Source of the DNA: Eledone cirrhosa
Taxonomy: Eukaryota
DNA: 64,000 nucleotides
NCBI GenBank assembly: GCA_964016885.1
Contig: OZ024744.1
Coordinates: 66,774,001-66,838,000 of the forward strand
Reading direction: 5' to 3'
A program made the position numbers and the translations under genes. Below are positions 1 to 15,000 of the stretch, in pieces. The number at the start of each line of letters is the position of its first letter. Positions within the stretch are counted from its first letter, which is position 1. The notes beneath the pieces were generated by a model. That model ran no database searches and had not been told where the DNA came from. It saw nothing but the letters and a program-made list of their open reading frames with translations.

Positions 1-3000
1 TGTCTTAGTTATAGAAACAGTACAGTGAACTATACCACACTGTGTTACATACTTACAGCTAGGTGGACTGTTGACAGTGGAGTATCTTAGTTATAGACAC
101 AGTACAGTAAACTATACCAGACTGTGGTACCTACTTACAGCTAGGTGGACTGTTGACAGTGGAGTGTCTTGGTTATAGGCACAGTACAGTGAACTATATC
201 ACACCGTGGTACATACTTAAATCTAGGTGGACAGTTGACAGTGGAGTGTCTTGGTTATAGACACAGTACAGTGAACTATACCACACTGTGGTACCTACTT
301 ACAGCTAGGTGGACTGTTGACAGTTAAGTGTCTTGGTTATAGACACAGTATAGTGAACTATATCACACTGTGGTACCTACTGACTGCTATGTGGACTTTT
401 GACAGTGGAGTATCTTACTTATAAACACAGTTCAGTGAACTATATCACACTGTGGTACCACCTTACAGCTAGGTGGACTGTTGACAGTTAAGTATCTTGG
501 TTATAGACACAGTACAGTGAACTAGACCACACTGTGGTACCTACTTACAGCTAGCTGGATTGTTGACAGTGGAGTATCTTAGTTATAGACACAGTACAGT
601 AAACTATACCAGACTGTGGTACCTACTTACAGCTAGGTGGACTGTTGACAGTGGAGTATCTTCGTTATAGATACAGTACAGTGAATTATAGCACACTGTG
701 GTACCTACATACAGCTAGGGAGACTGTTAACAGTGGAGTGTCTTGGTTATAGAAACAGTACAGTGAACTATACCACACTGTGGTACATACTTACAGCTAG
801 CTGGACTGTTGACAGTTAAGTGTCTTGGTTATAGACACAGTACAGTGAACTATAGCACACTGTGGTACCTACTTACAGCTAGGTGGACTGTTGACAGTTA
901 AGTATCTTGGTTATAGACACAGTACAGTGAACTATACCAGACTGTGGTACCTACTTATAGCTAGGTGGACTGTTGACAGTGGAGTATCTTAGTTATAGAC
1001 ACAGTATAGTGAACTATAGCACACTGTGGTACCTACTTACAGCTAGGTGGACTGTTGACAGTGGAGTGTCTTGGTTATAGACACAGTACAGTGAACTATA
1101 GCACACTGTGGTACCTACTTACAGCTAGGTGGACTGTTGACAGTGGAGTGTCTTGGTAATAGACACAGTACAGTGAACTATAGCACACTGTGGTACCTAC
1201 TTACAGCTAGGTGGACTGTTGACAGTGGAGTGTCTTGGTTATAGACACAGTACAGTGAACTATACCAGACTGTGGTACCTACTTAGAGCTAGGTGGACGG
1301 TTTACAGTTAAGTGTCTTGGTTATAGACACAGTTCAGTGAACTATACCACACTGTGGTACCTACTTACAGCTAGGTGGACTGTTGACAGTGGAGTGTCTT
1401 GGTTATAGACACAGTACAGTGAACTATATCACACTGTAGTACCTACTTACAGCTAGGTGGACGGTTGACAGTGGAGTGTCTTGCTTATAGACACAGTACA
1501 ATGAACTATATCACACTGTGGTACCTACTTACAGCTAGGTGGACTGTTGACAGTTAAGTGTCTTGGTTATAGACACAGTATAGTAAACTATACTACACTG
1601 TGGTACCTACTTACAACTAGGTGGACAGTTGACAGTGGAGTGTATTGGTTATAGACACAGTACAGTGAAATATATCACACTGTGGTACCTACTTACAGCT
1701 AGGTGGACTGTTGACAGTGGAGTGTCTTGGTCATAGACACATTACAGTGAACTATACCACACTGTGGTACCTACTTACAGCTAGGTGGACTGTTGACAGT
1801 TAAGTTTCTTGGTTATAGACACAGTATAGTGAACTATACCACACTGTGGTAACTAGTGACTGCTATGTGGACTGTTGACAGTGGAGTATCTTACTTATAG
1901 ACACAGTACAGTGAACTCTAGCACACTGTGGTACCTACTTACATCTAGGTGGACTGTTGACAGTTAAGTATCTTGGTTATAGACACAGTAGAGTGAACTA
2001 TACCAGACTGTGGTACCTACTAATAGCTAGGTGGACTGTTGACAGTGGAGTATCTTGGTTATAAACACAGTACAGTGAACTATAGCACACTGTGGTACCT
2101 ACTTACAGCTAGGTGGACTGTTGACAGTGGAGTGTCTTGGTTATAGACACAGTACAGTGAACTATACAACACTGTGGTACCTACTTACAGCTATGTGGAC
2201 TGTTGACAGTGGAGTGTCTTGGTTATAGACACAGTACAGTGAACTATACCAGACTGTGGTAGCTACTTAGAGCTAGGTGGACGGTTTACAGTTAAGTGTC
2301 TTTGTTATAGACACAGTACAGTGAACTATATCACACTGTGGTACCTACTTACAGCTAGGTGGACGGTTGACAGTGGAGTGTCTTGCTTATAGACACAGTA
2401 CAGTGAACTATATCACACTGTGGCACCTACTTACAGCTGAGAGGACTGGACTGTTGACAGTTAAGTGTCTTAGTTATAGAAACAGTACAGTGAACTATAC
2501 CACACTGTGTTACATACTTACAGCTAGGTGGACTGTTGACAGTGGAGTATCTTAGTTATAGACACAGTACAGTAAACTATACCAGACTGTGGTACCTACT
2601 TACAGCTAGGTGGACTGTTGACAGTGGAGTGTCTTGGTTATAGACACAGTACAGTGAACTATATCACACCGTGGTACATACTTAAATCTAGGTGGACTGT
2701 TGACAGTGGAGTGTCTTGGTTATAGACACAGTACAGTGAACTATACCACACTGTGGTACCTACTTACAGCTAGGTGGACTGTTGACAGTTAAGTGTCTTG
2801 GTTATAGACACAGTATAGTGAACTATATCACACTGTGGTACCTACTGACTGCTATGTGGACTTTTGACAGTGGAGTATCTTACTTATAAACACAGTTCAG
2901 TGAACTATATCACACGGTGGTACCACCTTACAGCTAGGTGGACTGTTGACAGTTAAGTATCTTGGTTATAGACACAGTACAGTGAACTAGACCACACTGT

Positions 3001-6000
3001 GGTACCTACTTACAGCTAGCTGGATTGTTGACAGTGGAGTATCTTAGTTATAGACACAGTACAGTATACTATACCAGACTGTGGTACCTACTTACAGCTA
3101 GGTGGACTGTTGACAGTGGAGTATCTTGGTTATAGATACAGTACAGTGAATTATAGCACACTGTGGTACCTACATACAGCTAGGGAGACTGTTAACAGTG
3201 GAGTGTCTTGGTTATAGAAACAGTACAGTGAACTATACCACACTGTGGTACATACTTACAGCTAGCTGGACTGTTGACAGTTAAGTGTCTTGGTTATAGA
3301 CACAGTACAGTGAACTATAGCACACTGTGGTACCTACTTACAGCTAGGTGGACTGTTGACAGTTAAGTATCTTGGTTATAGACACAGTACAGTGAACTAT
3401 ACCAGACTGTGGTACCTACTTATAGCTAGGTGGACTGTTGACAGTGGAGTATCTTAGTTATAGACACAGTATAGTGAACTATAGCACACTGTGGTACCTA
3501 ATTACAGCTAGGTGGACTGTTGACAGTGGAGTGTCTTGGTTATAGACACAGTACAGTGAACTATAGCACACTGTGGTACCTACTTACAGCGAGATGGACT
3601 GTTGACAGTGGAGTGTCTTGGTTATAGACACTGTACAGTGAACTATACCAGACTGTGGTACCTACTTAGAGCTAGGTGGACGGTTTACAGTTAAGTGTCT
3701 TGGTTATAGACACAGTACAGTGAACTATATCACACTGTGGTACCTACTTACAGCTAGGTGGACGGTTGACAGTGGAGTGTCTTGCTTATAGACACAGTAC
3801 AGTGAACTATATCACACTGTGGCACCTACTTACAGCTGAGAGGACTGGACTGTTGACAGTTAAGTATCTTAATTATAGAAACAGTACAGTGAAGTATACC
3901 ACACTGTGGTACCTACTTACAGCTAGGTGGACTGTTGACAGTTGAGTATCTTAGTTATAGACACAGTACAGTGAACTATACCAGACTGTGGTAGCTACTT
4001 AGAGCTAGGTGGACGGTTTACAGTTAAGTGTCTTGGTTATAGACACAATACAGTGAACTATATCACACTGTGGTACCTACTTACAGCTAGGTGGACGGTT
4101 GACAGTGGAGTGTCTTGCTTATAGACACAGAACAGTGAACTATATCACACTGTGGCACCTACTTACAGCTGAGAGGACTGGACTGTTGACAGTTAAGTAT
4201 CTTAGTTATAGAAACAGTACAGTGAACTATACCACACTGTGGTACCTACTTACAGCTAGGTGGACTGTTGACAGTTAAGTGTCTTGGTTATAGACACAGT
4301 ACAGTGAACTATACCACACTGTGGTACCTACTTACAGCTAGGTGGACTGTTGACAGTGGAGTATCTTAGTTATAGACACAGTACAGTAAACTATACTAGA
4401 CTGTGGTACCTACTTACAGCTAGGTGGACTGTTGACAGTTGAGTGTCTTGGTTATAGACACAGTACAGTGAACTATATCACACCGTGGTACATACTTAAA
4501 TCTAGGTGGACTGTTGACAGTGGAATGTCTTGGTTATAGACACAGTACAGTGAACTATACCACACTGTGGTACCTACTTACAGCTAGGTGGACTGTTGAC
4601 AGTTAAGTGTCTTGGTTATAGACAGAGTATAGTGAACTATATCACACTGTGGTACCTACTGACTGCTATGTGGACTTTTAACAGTGGAGTATCTTACTTA
4701 TAAACACAGTTCAGTGAACTATATCATACTGTGGTACCACCTTACAGCTAGGTGGACTGTTGACAGTTAAGTATCTTGGTTATAGACACAGTACAGTGAA
4801 CTAGACCACACTGTGGTACCTACTTACAGCTAGTGGATAGTTGACAGTTAAGTGTCTTGTTTATAGACACAGTACAGTGAACTATACCACACTGTGGTAC
4901 CTACTTACAGCTAGGTGGACTGTTGGCAGTGGAGTATCTTGGTTATAGATACAGTACAGTGAATTATAGCACACTATGGTACCTACATACAGCTAGGGGG
5001 ACTGTTGACAGTGGAGTGTCTTGGTTATAGAAACAGTACAGTTGTATGTACCACACTGTGGTACATACTTACAGCTAGCTGGACTGTTGACAGTTACGTG
5101 TCTTGGTTATAGACACAATACAGTGAACTATAGCACACTGTGGTACCTACTTACAGCTAGGTGGACTGTTGACAGTTAAGTATCTTGGTTATAGACACAG
5201 TACAGTGAACTATACCAGACTGTGGTACCTACTTATAGCTAGGTGGACTGTTGACAGTGGAGTGTTTTGGTTATAGACACTACAGTGAACTATAGCACAC
5301 TGTGGTACCTACTTACAGCTAGGTGGACTGTTGACAGTGGAGTGTCTTGGTTATAGACACTGTATAGTGAACTATACCAGACTGTGGTACCTACTTAGAG
5401 CTAGGTGGACGGTTTACAGTTGAGTGTCTTGGTTATAGACACAGTACAGTGAACTATATCACACTGTGGTACCTACTTACCGCTAGGTGGACGGTTGACA
5501 GTGGAGTGTCTTGCTTATAGACTCAGTACAGTGAACTATACCACACTGTGGTACCTACTTACAGATAGGTGGACGGTTGACAGTGGAGTGTCTTGCTTAT
5601 AGACACAGTACAGTGAACTATATCACACTGTGGCACCTACTTACAGCTGAGAGGACTGGACTGTTGACAGTTAAGTATCTTAATTATAGAAACAGTACAG
5701 TGAAGTATACCACACTATGGTACCTACTTACAGCTAGGTGGACTGTTGACAGTTGAGTATCTTAGTTATAGACACAGTACAGTGAACTATACCAGACTGT
5801 GGTACCCACTTACAGCTAGGTGGACTGTTGACAGTGGAGTGTCTTGGTTATAGACACAGTACAGTGAACTATATCACACCGTGGTACCTACTTAAATCTA
5901 GGTGGACTGTTGACAGTGGAGTGTCTTGGATATTGACACAGTACAGTGAACTATACCACACTGTGGTATCTACTTATAGCTAGGTGGACTGTTGACAGTT

Positions 6001-9000
6001 AAGTGTCTTGGTTATAGACACAGTACAGTGAACTCTAGCACACTGTGGTACCTACTTACATCTAGGTGGACTGTTGACAGTTAAGTATCTTGGTTATAGA
6101 CACGGTACAGTGAACTATACCAGACTGTGGTAGCTACTTAGAGCTAGGTGGACGGTTTACAGTTAAGTGTCTTGGTTATAGACACAGTACAGTGAACTAT
6201 ATCACACTGTGGTACCTACTTACCGCTAGGTGGATGGTTGACAGTGGAGTGTCTTGCTTATAGACACAGTACAGTGAACTATATCACACTGTGGCACCTA
6301 CTTACAGCTGAGTGGACTGGACTGTTGACAGTTAAGTATCTTAGTTATAGAAACAGTACAGTGAACTATACCACACTGTGGTACCTACTTACAGCTAGGT
6401 GGACTGTTGACAGTTAAGTGTCTTGGTTATAGACACAGTACAGTGAACTATATCACACTGTGGTACATACTTGAATCTAGGTGGACTGTTGACAGTGGAG
6501 TGTATTGGTTATAGACACAGTACAGTGAACTATACCACACTGTGGTACCTACTTACAGCTAGGTGGACTGTTGACAGTTAAGTGTCTTGGTTATAGACAC
6601 AGTATAGTGAACTATATCACACTGTGGTACCTACTGACTGCTATGTGGACTTTTGACAGTGGAGTATCTTACTTATAAACACAGTTCAGTGAACTATATC
6701 ACACTGTGGTACCACCTTGCAGCTAGGTGGACTGTTGACAGTTAAGTATCTTGGTTATAGACACATTACAGTGAACTATACCACACTGTGGTACCTACTT
6801 ACAGCTAGCTGGATTGTTGACAGTTAAGTGTCTTGTTTATAGACACAGTACAGTGAACTATACCACACTGTGGTACCTACTTACAGCTAGGTGGACTGTT
6901 GACAGTGGAGTATCTTGATTATAGATACAGTACAGTGAATTATAGCACACTGTGGTACCTACATACAGCTAGGGGGACTGTTGACAGTGGAGTGTCTTGG
7001 TTATAGACACAGTACAGTGAACTATACAACACTGTGGTACCTACTTATAGCTAGGTGGACTGTTGACAATGGAGTATCTTGGTTATAGACACAGTACAGT
7101 GAACTATATCACACTGTGGTACCTACTTACAGCTAGGTGGACTGTTTGCAGTGGAGTGTCTTGGTTATAGACACAGTACAGTGAACTATACCACACTGTG
7201 GTACATACTTACAGCTAGCTGGACTGTTGACAGTTAAGTGTCTTGGTTATAGACACAGTACAGTGAACTATATCACACTGTGGTACCTACTTACAGCTAG
7301 GTGGAGTGTTGACAGTTAAGTGTCTTGGTTATAGACACAGTATAGTAAACTATACTACACTGTGGTACCTACTTACAGCTAGGTGGACAGTTGACAGTGG
7401 AGTGTCTTGGTTATAGACACAGTAGAGTGAACTAGACCACACCGTGGTACCTACTTACAGCTAGCTGGATTGTTGACAGTTAAGTGTCTTGTTTATAGAC
7501 ACAGTACAGTGAACTATACCACACTGTGGTACCTACTTACAGCTAGGTGGACTGTTGACAGTGGAGTATCTTGGTTATAGATACAGTACAGTGAATTATA
7601 GCACACTGTGGTACCTACATACAGCTAGGGGGACTGTTGACAGTGGAGTGTCTTGGTTATAGAAACAGTACAGTGAACTATACCACACTGTGGTACATAC
7701 TTACAGCTAGCTGGACTGTTGACAGTTAAGTGTCTTGGTTATAGACACAGTACAGTGAACTATAGCACATTGTGGTACCTACTTACAGCTAGGTGGACTG
7801 TTGACAGTTAAGTATCTTGGTTATAGACACAGTACAGTGAACTATACCAGCCTGTGGTACCTACTTATAGCTAGGTGGACGGTTTACAGTTAAGTGTCTT
7901 GGTTATAGACACAGTACAGTGAACTATATCACACTGTGGTACCTACTTACAGCTAGGTGGACGGTTGACAGTGGAGTGTCTTGCTTATAGACACAGTACA
8001 GTGAACTATATCACACTGTGGCACCTACTTACAGCTGAGTGGACTGGACTGTTGACAGTTAAGTATCTTAATTATAGAAACAGTACAGTGAAGTATACCA
8101 CACTGTGGTACCTACTTACAGCTAGGTGGACTGTTGACAGTTGAGTATCTTAGTTATAGACACAGTACAGTGAACTATACCAGACTGTGGTACCTACTTA
8201 CAGCTAGGTGGACTGTTGACAGTGGAGTGTCTTGGTTATAGACACAGTACAGTGAACTATACTACACTGTGGTACCTACTTACAGCTAGGTGGACGGTTG
8301 ACAGTGGAGTGTCTTGCTTATAGACACAGTACAGTGAAATATATCACACTGTGGCACCTACTTACAGCTGAGTGGACTGGACTGTTGACAGTTAAGTATC
8401 TTAATTATAGAAACAGTACAGTGAAGTATACCACACTGTGGTACCTACTTACAGCTAGGTGGACTGTTGACAGTTAAGGGTATTGGTTATAGACACAGTA
8501 CAGTGAACTATATCACACCGTGGTACCTACTTAAATCTAGGTGGACTGTTGACAGTGGAGTGTCTTGGTTATAGACAGAGTACAGTGAACTATACCACAC
8601 TGTGGTACCTACTTACAGCTAGATGGACTGTTGACAGTTAAGTATCATGGTTATAGACACATTACAGTGAACTCTAGCACACTGTGGTACCTACTTACAG
8701 CTAGCTGGACTGTTGACAGTTAAGTGTCTTTTTTATAGACACAGTACAGTGAACTATACAACACTGTGGTACCTACTTATAGCTAGGTGGACTGTTGACA
8801 GTGGAGTATCTTGGTCATAGACACAGTACAGTGAACTATAGCACACTGTGGTACCTACTTACAGCTAGGTGGACTGTTGACAGTTAAGTATCTTGGTCAT
8901 AGACACAGTACAGTGAACTATACCAGACTGTGGTACCTACTTATAGCTAGGTGGACTGTTGACAGTGGAGTATCTTGGTTATAGACACAGTACAGTGAAG

Positions 9001-12000
9001 TATAGCACACTGTGGTACCTACTTACAGCTAGGCGTACTGTTGACAGTGGAGTGTCTTGGTTATAGACACAGTACTGTGAACTATACAACACTGTGGTAC
9101 CTACTTATAGCTAGGTGGACTGTTGACAGTGGAGTATCTTGGTTATAGACACAGTACAGTGAACTATAGCACACTGTGGTACCTACTTACAACCAGGTGG
9201 ACTGTTGACAGCGGAGTGTCTTGGTTATAGAGACAGTACAGTGAACTATACCAGACTGTGGTACCTACTTAGAGCTAGGTGGACGGTTTACAGTTAAGTG
9301 TCTTGGTTATAGACACAGTACAGTGAACTCTAGCACACTGTGGTACCTACTTACAGCTAGGTGGACGGTTGACAGTGGAGTGTCTTGCTTATAGACACAG
9401 TACAGTGAACTATATCACACTGTGGCACCTACTTACAGCTAGCTGGACTGTTGACAGTTAAGTGTCTTGCTTATAGAAACAGTACAGTGAACTATATCAC
9501 ACTGTGGCACCTACTTACAGCTGAGTGGACTGGACTGTTGACAGTTAAGTATCTTAATTATAGAAACAGTACAGTGAACTATACCACACTGTGGTACCTA
9601 CTTACAGCTAGGTGGACTGTTGACAGTTAAGTGTCTTGGTTATAGACACAGTACAGTGAACTATAGCACACTGTGGTACCTACTTACAGCTAGGTGGACT
9701 GTTGACAGTTAAGTATCTTGGTTATAGACACAGTACAGTGAACTATACCAGACTGTGGTACCTACTTATAGCTAGGTGGACTGTTGACAGTGGAGTATCT
9801 TGGTTATAGACACAGTACAGTGAAGTATAGCACACTGTGGTACCTACTTACAGCTAGGTGGACTGTTGACGGTAGAGTGTCTTGGTTGTAGACACAGTAC
9901 AGTGAACTATACAACACTGTGGTACCTACTTATAGCTAGGGGGACTGTTGACAGTGGAGTATCTTGGTTATAGACACAGTACAGTGAACTATACCAGACT
10001 GTGGTACCTACTTACTGCTAGGTGGACTGTTGACAGTTAAATGTCTTGGTTATAGACACAGTACAGTGAAATATATCACACTGTGGTACCTACTTACAGC
10101 TAGTTGGACTGTTGACAGTGGAGTTTCTTGGTTATAGACACAGTACAGTGAACTATACTACACGGTGGTACCCACTTACAGCTAGGTGGACTGTTGACAG
10201 TGGAGTATCTTGGTTATAGACACAGTACAGTGAACTATACCACACTGTCGTACCTACTTACAGCTAGGTGGACTGTTGACAGTGGAGTGTCTTGGTTATA
10301 GACACAGTACAGTGAACTATACCAGACTGTGGTAATTACTTAGAGCTAGGTGGACGGTTTACAGTTAAGTGTCTTGGTTATAGACACAGTACAGTGAACT
10401 ATATCACACTGTGGTACCTACTTACAGCTAGGTGGACGGTTGACAGTGGAGTGTCTTGCTTATAGACACAGTACAGTGAACTATATCACACTGTGGCACC
10501 TACTTACAGCTGAGTGGACTGGACTGTTGACAGTTAAGTATCTTAGTTATAGAAACAGTACAGTGAACTATACCACACTGTGGTACCTACTTACAGCTAG
10601 GTGGACTGTTGACAGTTAAGTGTCTTGGTTATAGACACAGTACAGTGAACTATACCACACTGTGGTACCTACTTACAGCTAGGTGGACTGTTGACAGTTA
10701 AGTATCTTGGTTATAGACACAGTACAGTGAACTATACCACACTGTGGTATCTACTTACAGCTAGCTGGACTGTTGACAGTTAAGTGTCTTGTTTATAGAC
10801 ACAGTACAGTGAACTATACCACCCTGTGGTACCTACTTACAGCTAGTTGGACTGTTGACAGTGGAGTGTCTTGGTTATAGACACAGTACAGTGAACTATA
10901 CTACACTGTGGTACCTACTTACAGCTAGGGGGACCGTTGACAGTGGAGTGTCTTGGTTATAGACACAGTACAGTGAACTATACAACACTGTGGTACCTAC
11001 TTATAGCTAGGTGGACTGTTGACAGTGGAGTATCTTGGTCATAGACACAGTACAGTGAACTATAGCACACTGTGGTACCTACTTACAGCTAGGTGGACTG
11101 TTGCAGTGGAGTGTCTTGGTTATAGACACAGTACAGTGAACTGTCGTACCAACTTAAAGCTAGGTGGACTGTTAACAGTGGAGTATCTCACTTACAGACA
11201 CAGTACAGTGAACTATACAACACTGTTGTACCTACTTACAGCTAGCTGGACTGTTGACAGTTAAGTGTCTTGGTTATAGACACAGTACAGTGAACTATAG
11301 CACACTGTGGTACCTACTTACAGCTAGGTGGACTGTTGACAGTTAAGTATCTTGGTTATAGGCACAGTACAGTGAACTATACCAGACTGTGGTACCTACT
11401 TATAGCTAGGTGGACTGTTGACAGTGGAGTATCTTGGTTATAGACACAGTACAGTGAAGTATAGCACACTGTGGTACCTACTTACAGCTAGGTGGACTGT
11501 TGACAGTGGAGTGTCTTGGGTATAGACACAGTACAGTGAACTATACAACACTGTGGTACCTACTTATAGCTAGGTGGACTGTTGACAGTGGAGTATCTTG
11601 GTCATAGACACAGTACAGTGAACTATAGCACACTGTGGTAACTACTTACAGCTAGGTGGACTGTTGACAGTGGAGTATCTTAGTTATAGACACAGTACAG
11701 TGAACTATACCAGACTGTGGTACCTACTTACTGCTAGGTGGACTGTTGACAGTTAAGTGTCTTGGTTATAGACACAGTACAGTGAACTATATCACACTGT
11801 GGTACCTACTTACAGCTAGGTGTACTGTTGATAGTGGAGTGTCTTGGTTATAGACACAGTACAGTGAACTATACAACACTGTGGTACCTACTTATAGCTA
11901 GGTGGACTGTTGACAGTGGAGTATCTTGGTTATAGACATAGTACAGTGAACTATAGCACACTGTGGTTCCTACTTACAACTAGGTGGACTGTTGACAGTG

Positions 12001-15000
12001 GAGTGTCTTGGTTATAGAGACAGTACAGTGAACTATACCAGACTGTGGTACCTACTTAGAGCTAGGTGGACGGTTTACAGTTAAGTGTCTTGGTTATAGA
12101 CACAGTACAGTGAACTATACCACACTGTGGTACCTACTTACAGCTAGGTGGACTGTTGACAGTGGAGTGTCTTGGTTATAGACACAGTATATTGAACTAT
12201 ACCACACTGTGGTACCTACTTACAGCTAGCTGGACTGTTGACAGTTAAGTGTCTTGGTTATAGACAAAGTACAGTGAACTATACCACACTGTGGTACCTA
12301 CTTACAGCTAGGTGGACTGTTGACAGTGGAGTGTCTTGGTTATAGACACAGTACAGTGAACTATATCACACCGTGGTACCTACTTAAATCTAGGTGGACT
12401 GTTGACAGTGGAGTGTCTTGGTTATAGACACAGTACAGTGAACTATACCACACTGTGGTACCTACTCACAGCTAGGTGGACTGTTGACAGTTAAGTATAT
12501 TGGTTATAGACACAGTACAGTGAACTATACCACACTGTGGTACCTACTTACAGGTAGCTGGACTGTTGACAGTTAAGTGTCTTGTTTATAGACACAGTAC
12601 AGTGAACTATACCACCCTGTGGTACCTACTTATAGGTAGATGGACTGTTGACAGTGGAGTATCTTGGTTATAGATACAGTACAGTGAACTATAGCACACA
12701 GTGGTACCTACTTACAGCTAGGGGGACCGTTGACAGTGGAGTGTCTTGGTTATAGACACAGTACAGTGAACTATACAACACTGTGGTACCTACTTATAGC
12801 TAGGTGGACTGTTGACAGTGGAGTATCTTGGTCATAGACACAGTACAGTGAACTATAGCACACTGTGGTACCTACTTACAGCTAGGTGGACTGTTGCAGT
12901 GGAGTGTCTTGGTTATAGACACAGTACAGTGAACTATAGCACACTGTCGTACCAACTTAAAGCTAGGTGGACTGTTAACAGTGGAGTATCTCACTTACAG
13001 ACACAGTACAGTGAACTATACAACACTGTGGTACCTACTTACAGCTAGCTGGACTGATGACAGTTAAGTGTCTTGGTTATAGACACAGTACAGTGAACTA
13101 TGGCACACTGTGGTACCTACTTACAGCTAGGTGGACTGTTGACAGTTAAGTATCTTGGTTATAGACACAGTAGAGTGAACTATACCAGACTGTGGTACCT
13201 ACGTATAGCTAGGTGGACTGTTGACAGTGGAGTATCTTGGTTATAGACACAGTACAGTGAACTATAGCACACTGTGGTACCTACTTACAGCTAGGTGGAC
13301 TGTTGACAGTGGAGTGTCTTGGTTATAGACACAGTACAGTGAACTATACCGGACTGTGGTACCTACTTAGAGCTAGGTGGACGGTTTACAGTTAATTGTC
13401 TTGGTTATAGACACAGTACAGTGAACTATATCACACTGTGGTACCTACTTACAGCTGAGTGGACTGGACTGTTGACAGTTAAGTATCTTAATTATAGAAA
13501 CCGTACAGTGAACTATACCACACTGTGGTACCTACTTACAGCTAGGTGGACTGTTGACAGTTGAGTATCTTAGTTATAGACACAGTACAGTGAACTATAC
13601 CAGACTGTGGTACCTACTTACAGCTAGGTGGACTGTTGACAGTGGAGTGTCTTGGTTATAGACACAGTACAGTGAACTATATTACACCGTGGTACCTACT
13701 TAAATCTAGGTGGACTGTTGACAGTGGAGTATCTTAGTTATAGACACAGTACAGTGAACTATACCAGACTGTGGTACCTAATTACTGCTAGGTGGACTGT
13801 TGACAGTTAAGTGTCTTGGTTATTGACACAGTACAGTGAAATATATCACACTGTGGTACCTACTTACAGCTAGTTGGACTGTTGACAGTGGAGTGTCTTG
13901 GTTATAGACACAGTACAGTGAACTATATCACACTGTGGTACCTACTTACAGCTAGGTGGACGGTTGACAGTGGAGTGTCTTGCTTATAGACACAGTACAG
14001 TGAACTATATCACACTGTGGTACCTACTTACAGCTAGCTGGACTGTTGACAGTTAAGTGTCTTGTTTATAGACACAGTACAGTGAACTATACCACACTGT
14101 GGTACCTACTTATAGCTAGATGGACTATTGACAGTGGAGTATCTTGGTTATAGATACAGTACAGTGAACTATAGCACAATGTGGTACCTACTTACAGCTA
14201 GGGGGACTGTTGACAGTGGAGTGTCTTGGTTATAGACACAGTACAGTGAACTATATCACACTGTGGTACCTACTTACAGCTAGCTGGACTGTTGACAGTT
14301 AAGTGTCTTGTTTATAGACACAGTACAGTGAACTATACCACACTGTGGTACCTACTTATAGCTAGATGGACTATTGACAGTGGAGTATCTTGGTCATAGA
14401 CACAGTACAGTGAACTATAGCACACTGTGGTACCTACTTACAGCTAGGTGGACTGTTGCAGTGGAGTGTCTTGGTTATAGACACAGTACAGTGAAGTATA
14501 GCACACTGTCGTACCAACTTAAAGCTAGGTGTACTGTTGACAGTGGAGTATCTTACTTACAGATACAGTACAGTGAACTATACAACACTGGTGTACCTAC
14601 TTACAGCTAGGTGGACTGTTGACAGTTAAGTGTCTTGGTTATAGACACAGTACAGTGAACTATAGCACACTGTGGTACCTACTTACAGCTAGGTGGACTG
14701 TTGACAGTTAAGTATCTTGGTTATAGACACAGTACAGTGAACTATACCAGACTGTGGTACCTACTTATAGCTAGGTGGACTGTTGACAGTGGAGTATTTT
14801 GGTTATAGATACAGTACAGTGAAGTATAGCACACTGTGGTACCTACTTACAGCTAGGTGGACTGTTGACAGTGGAGTGTCTTGGTTATAGACACAGTACA
14901 GTGAACTATACAACACTGTGGTACCTACTTATAGCTAGGTGGACTTTTGACAGTGGAGTATCTTGGTTATAGACATAGTACAGTGAACTATAGCACACTG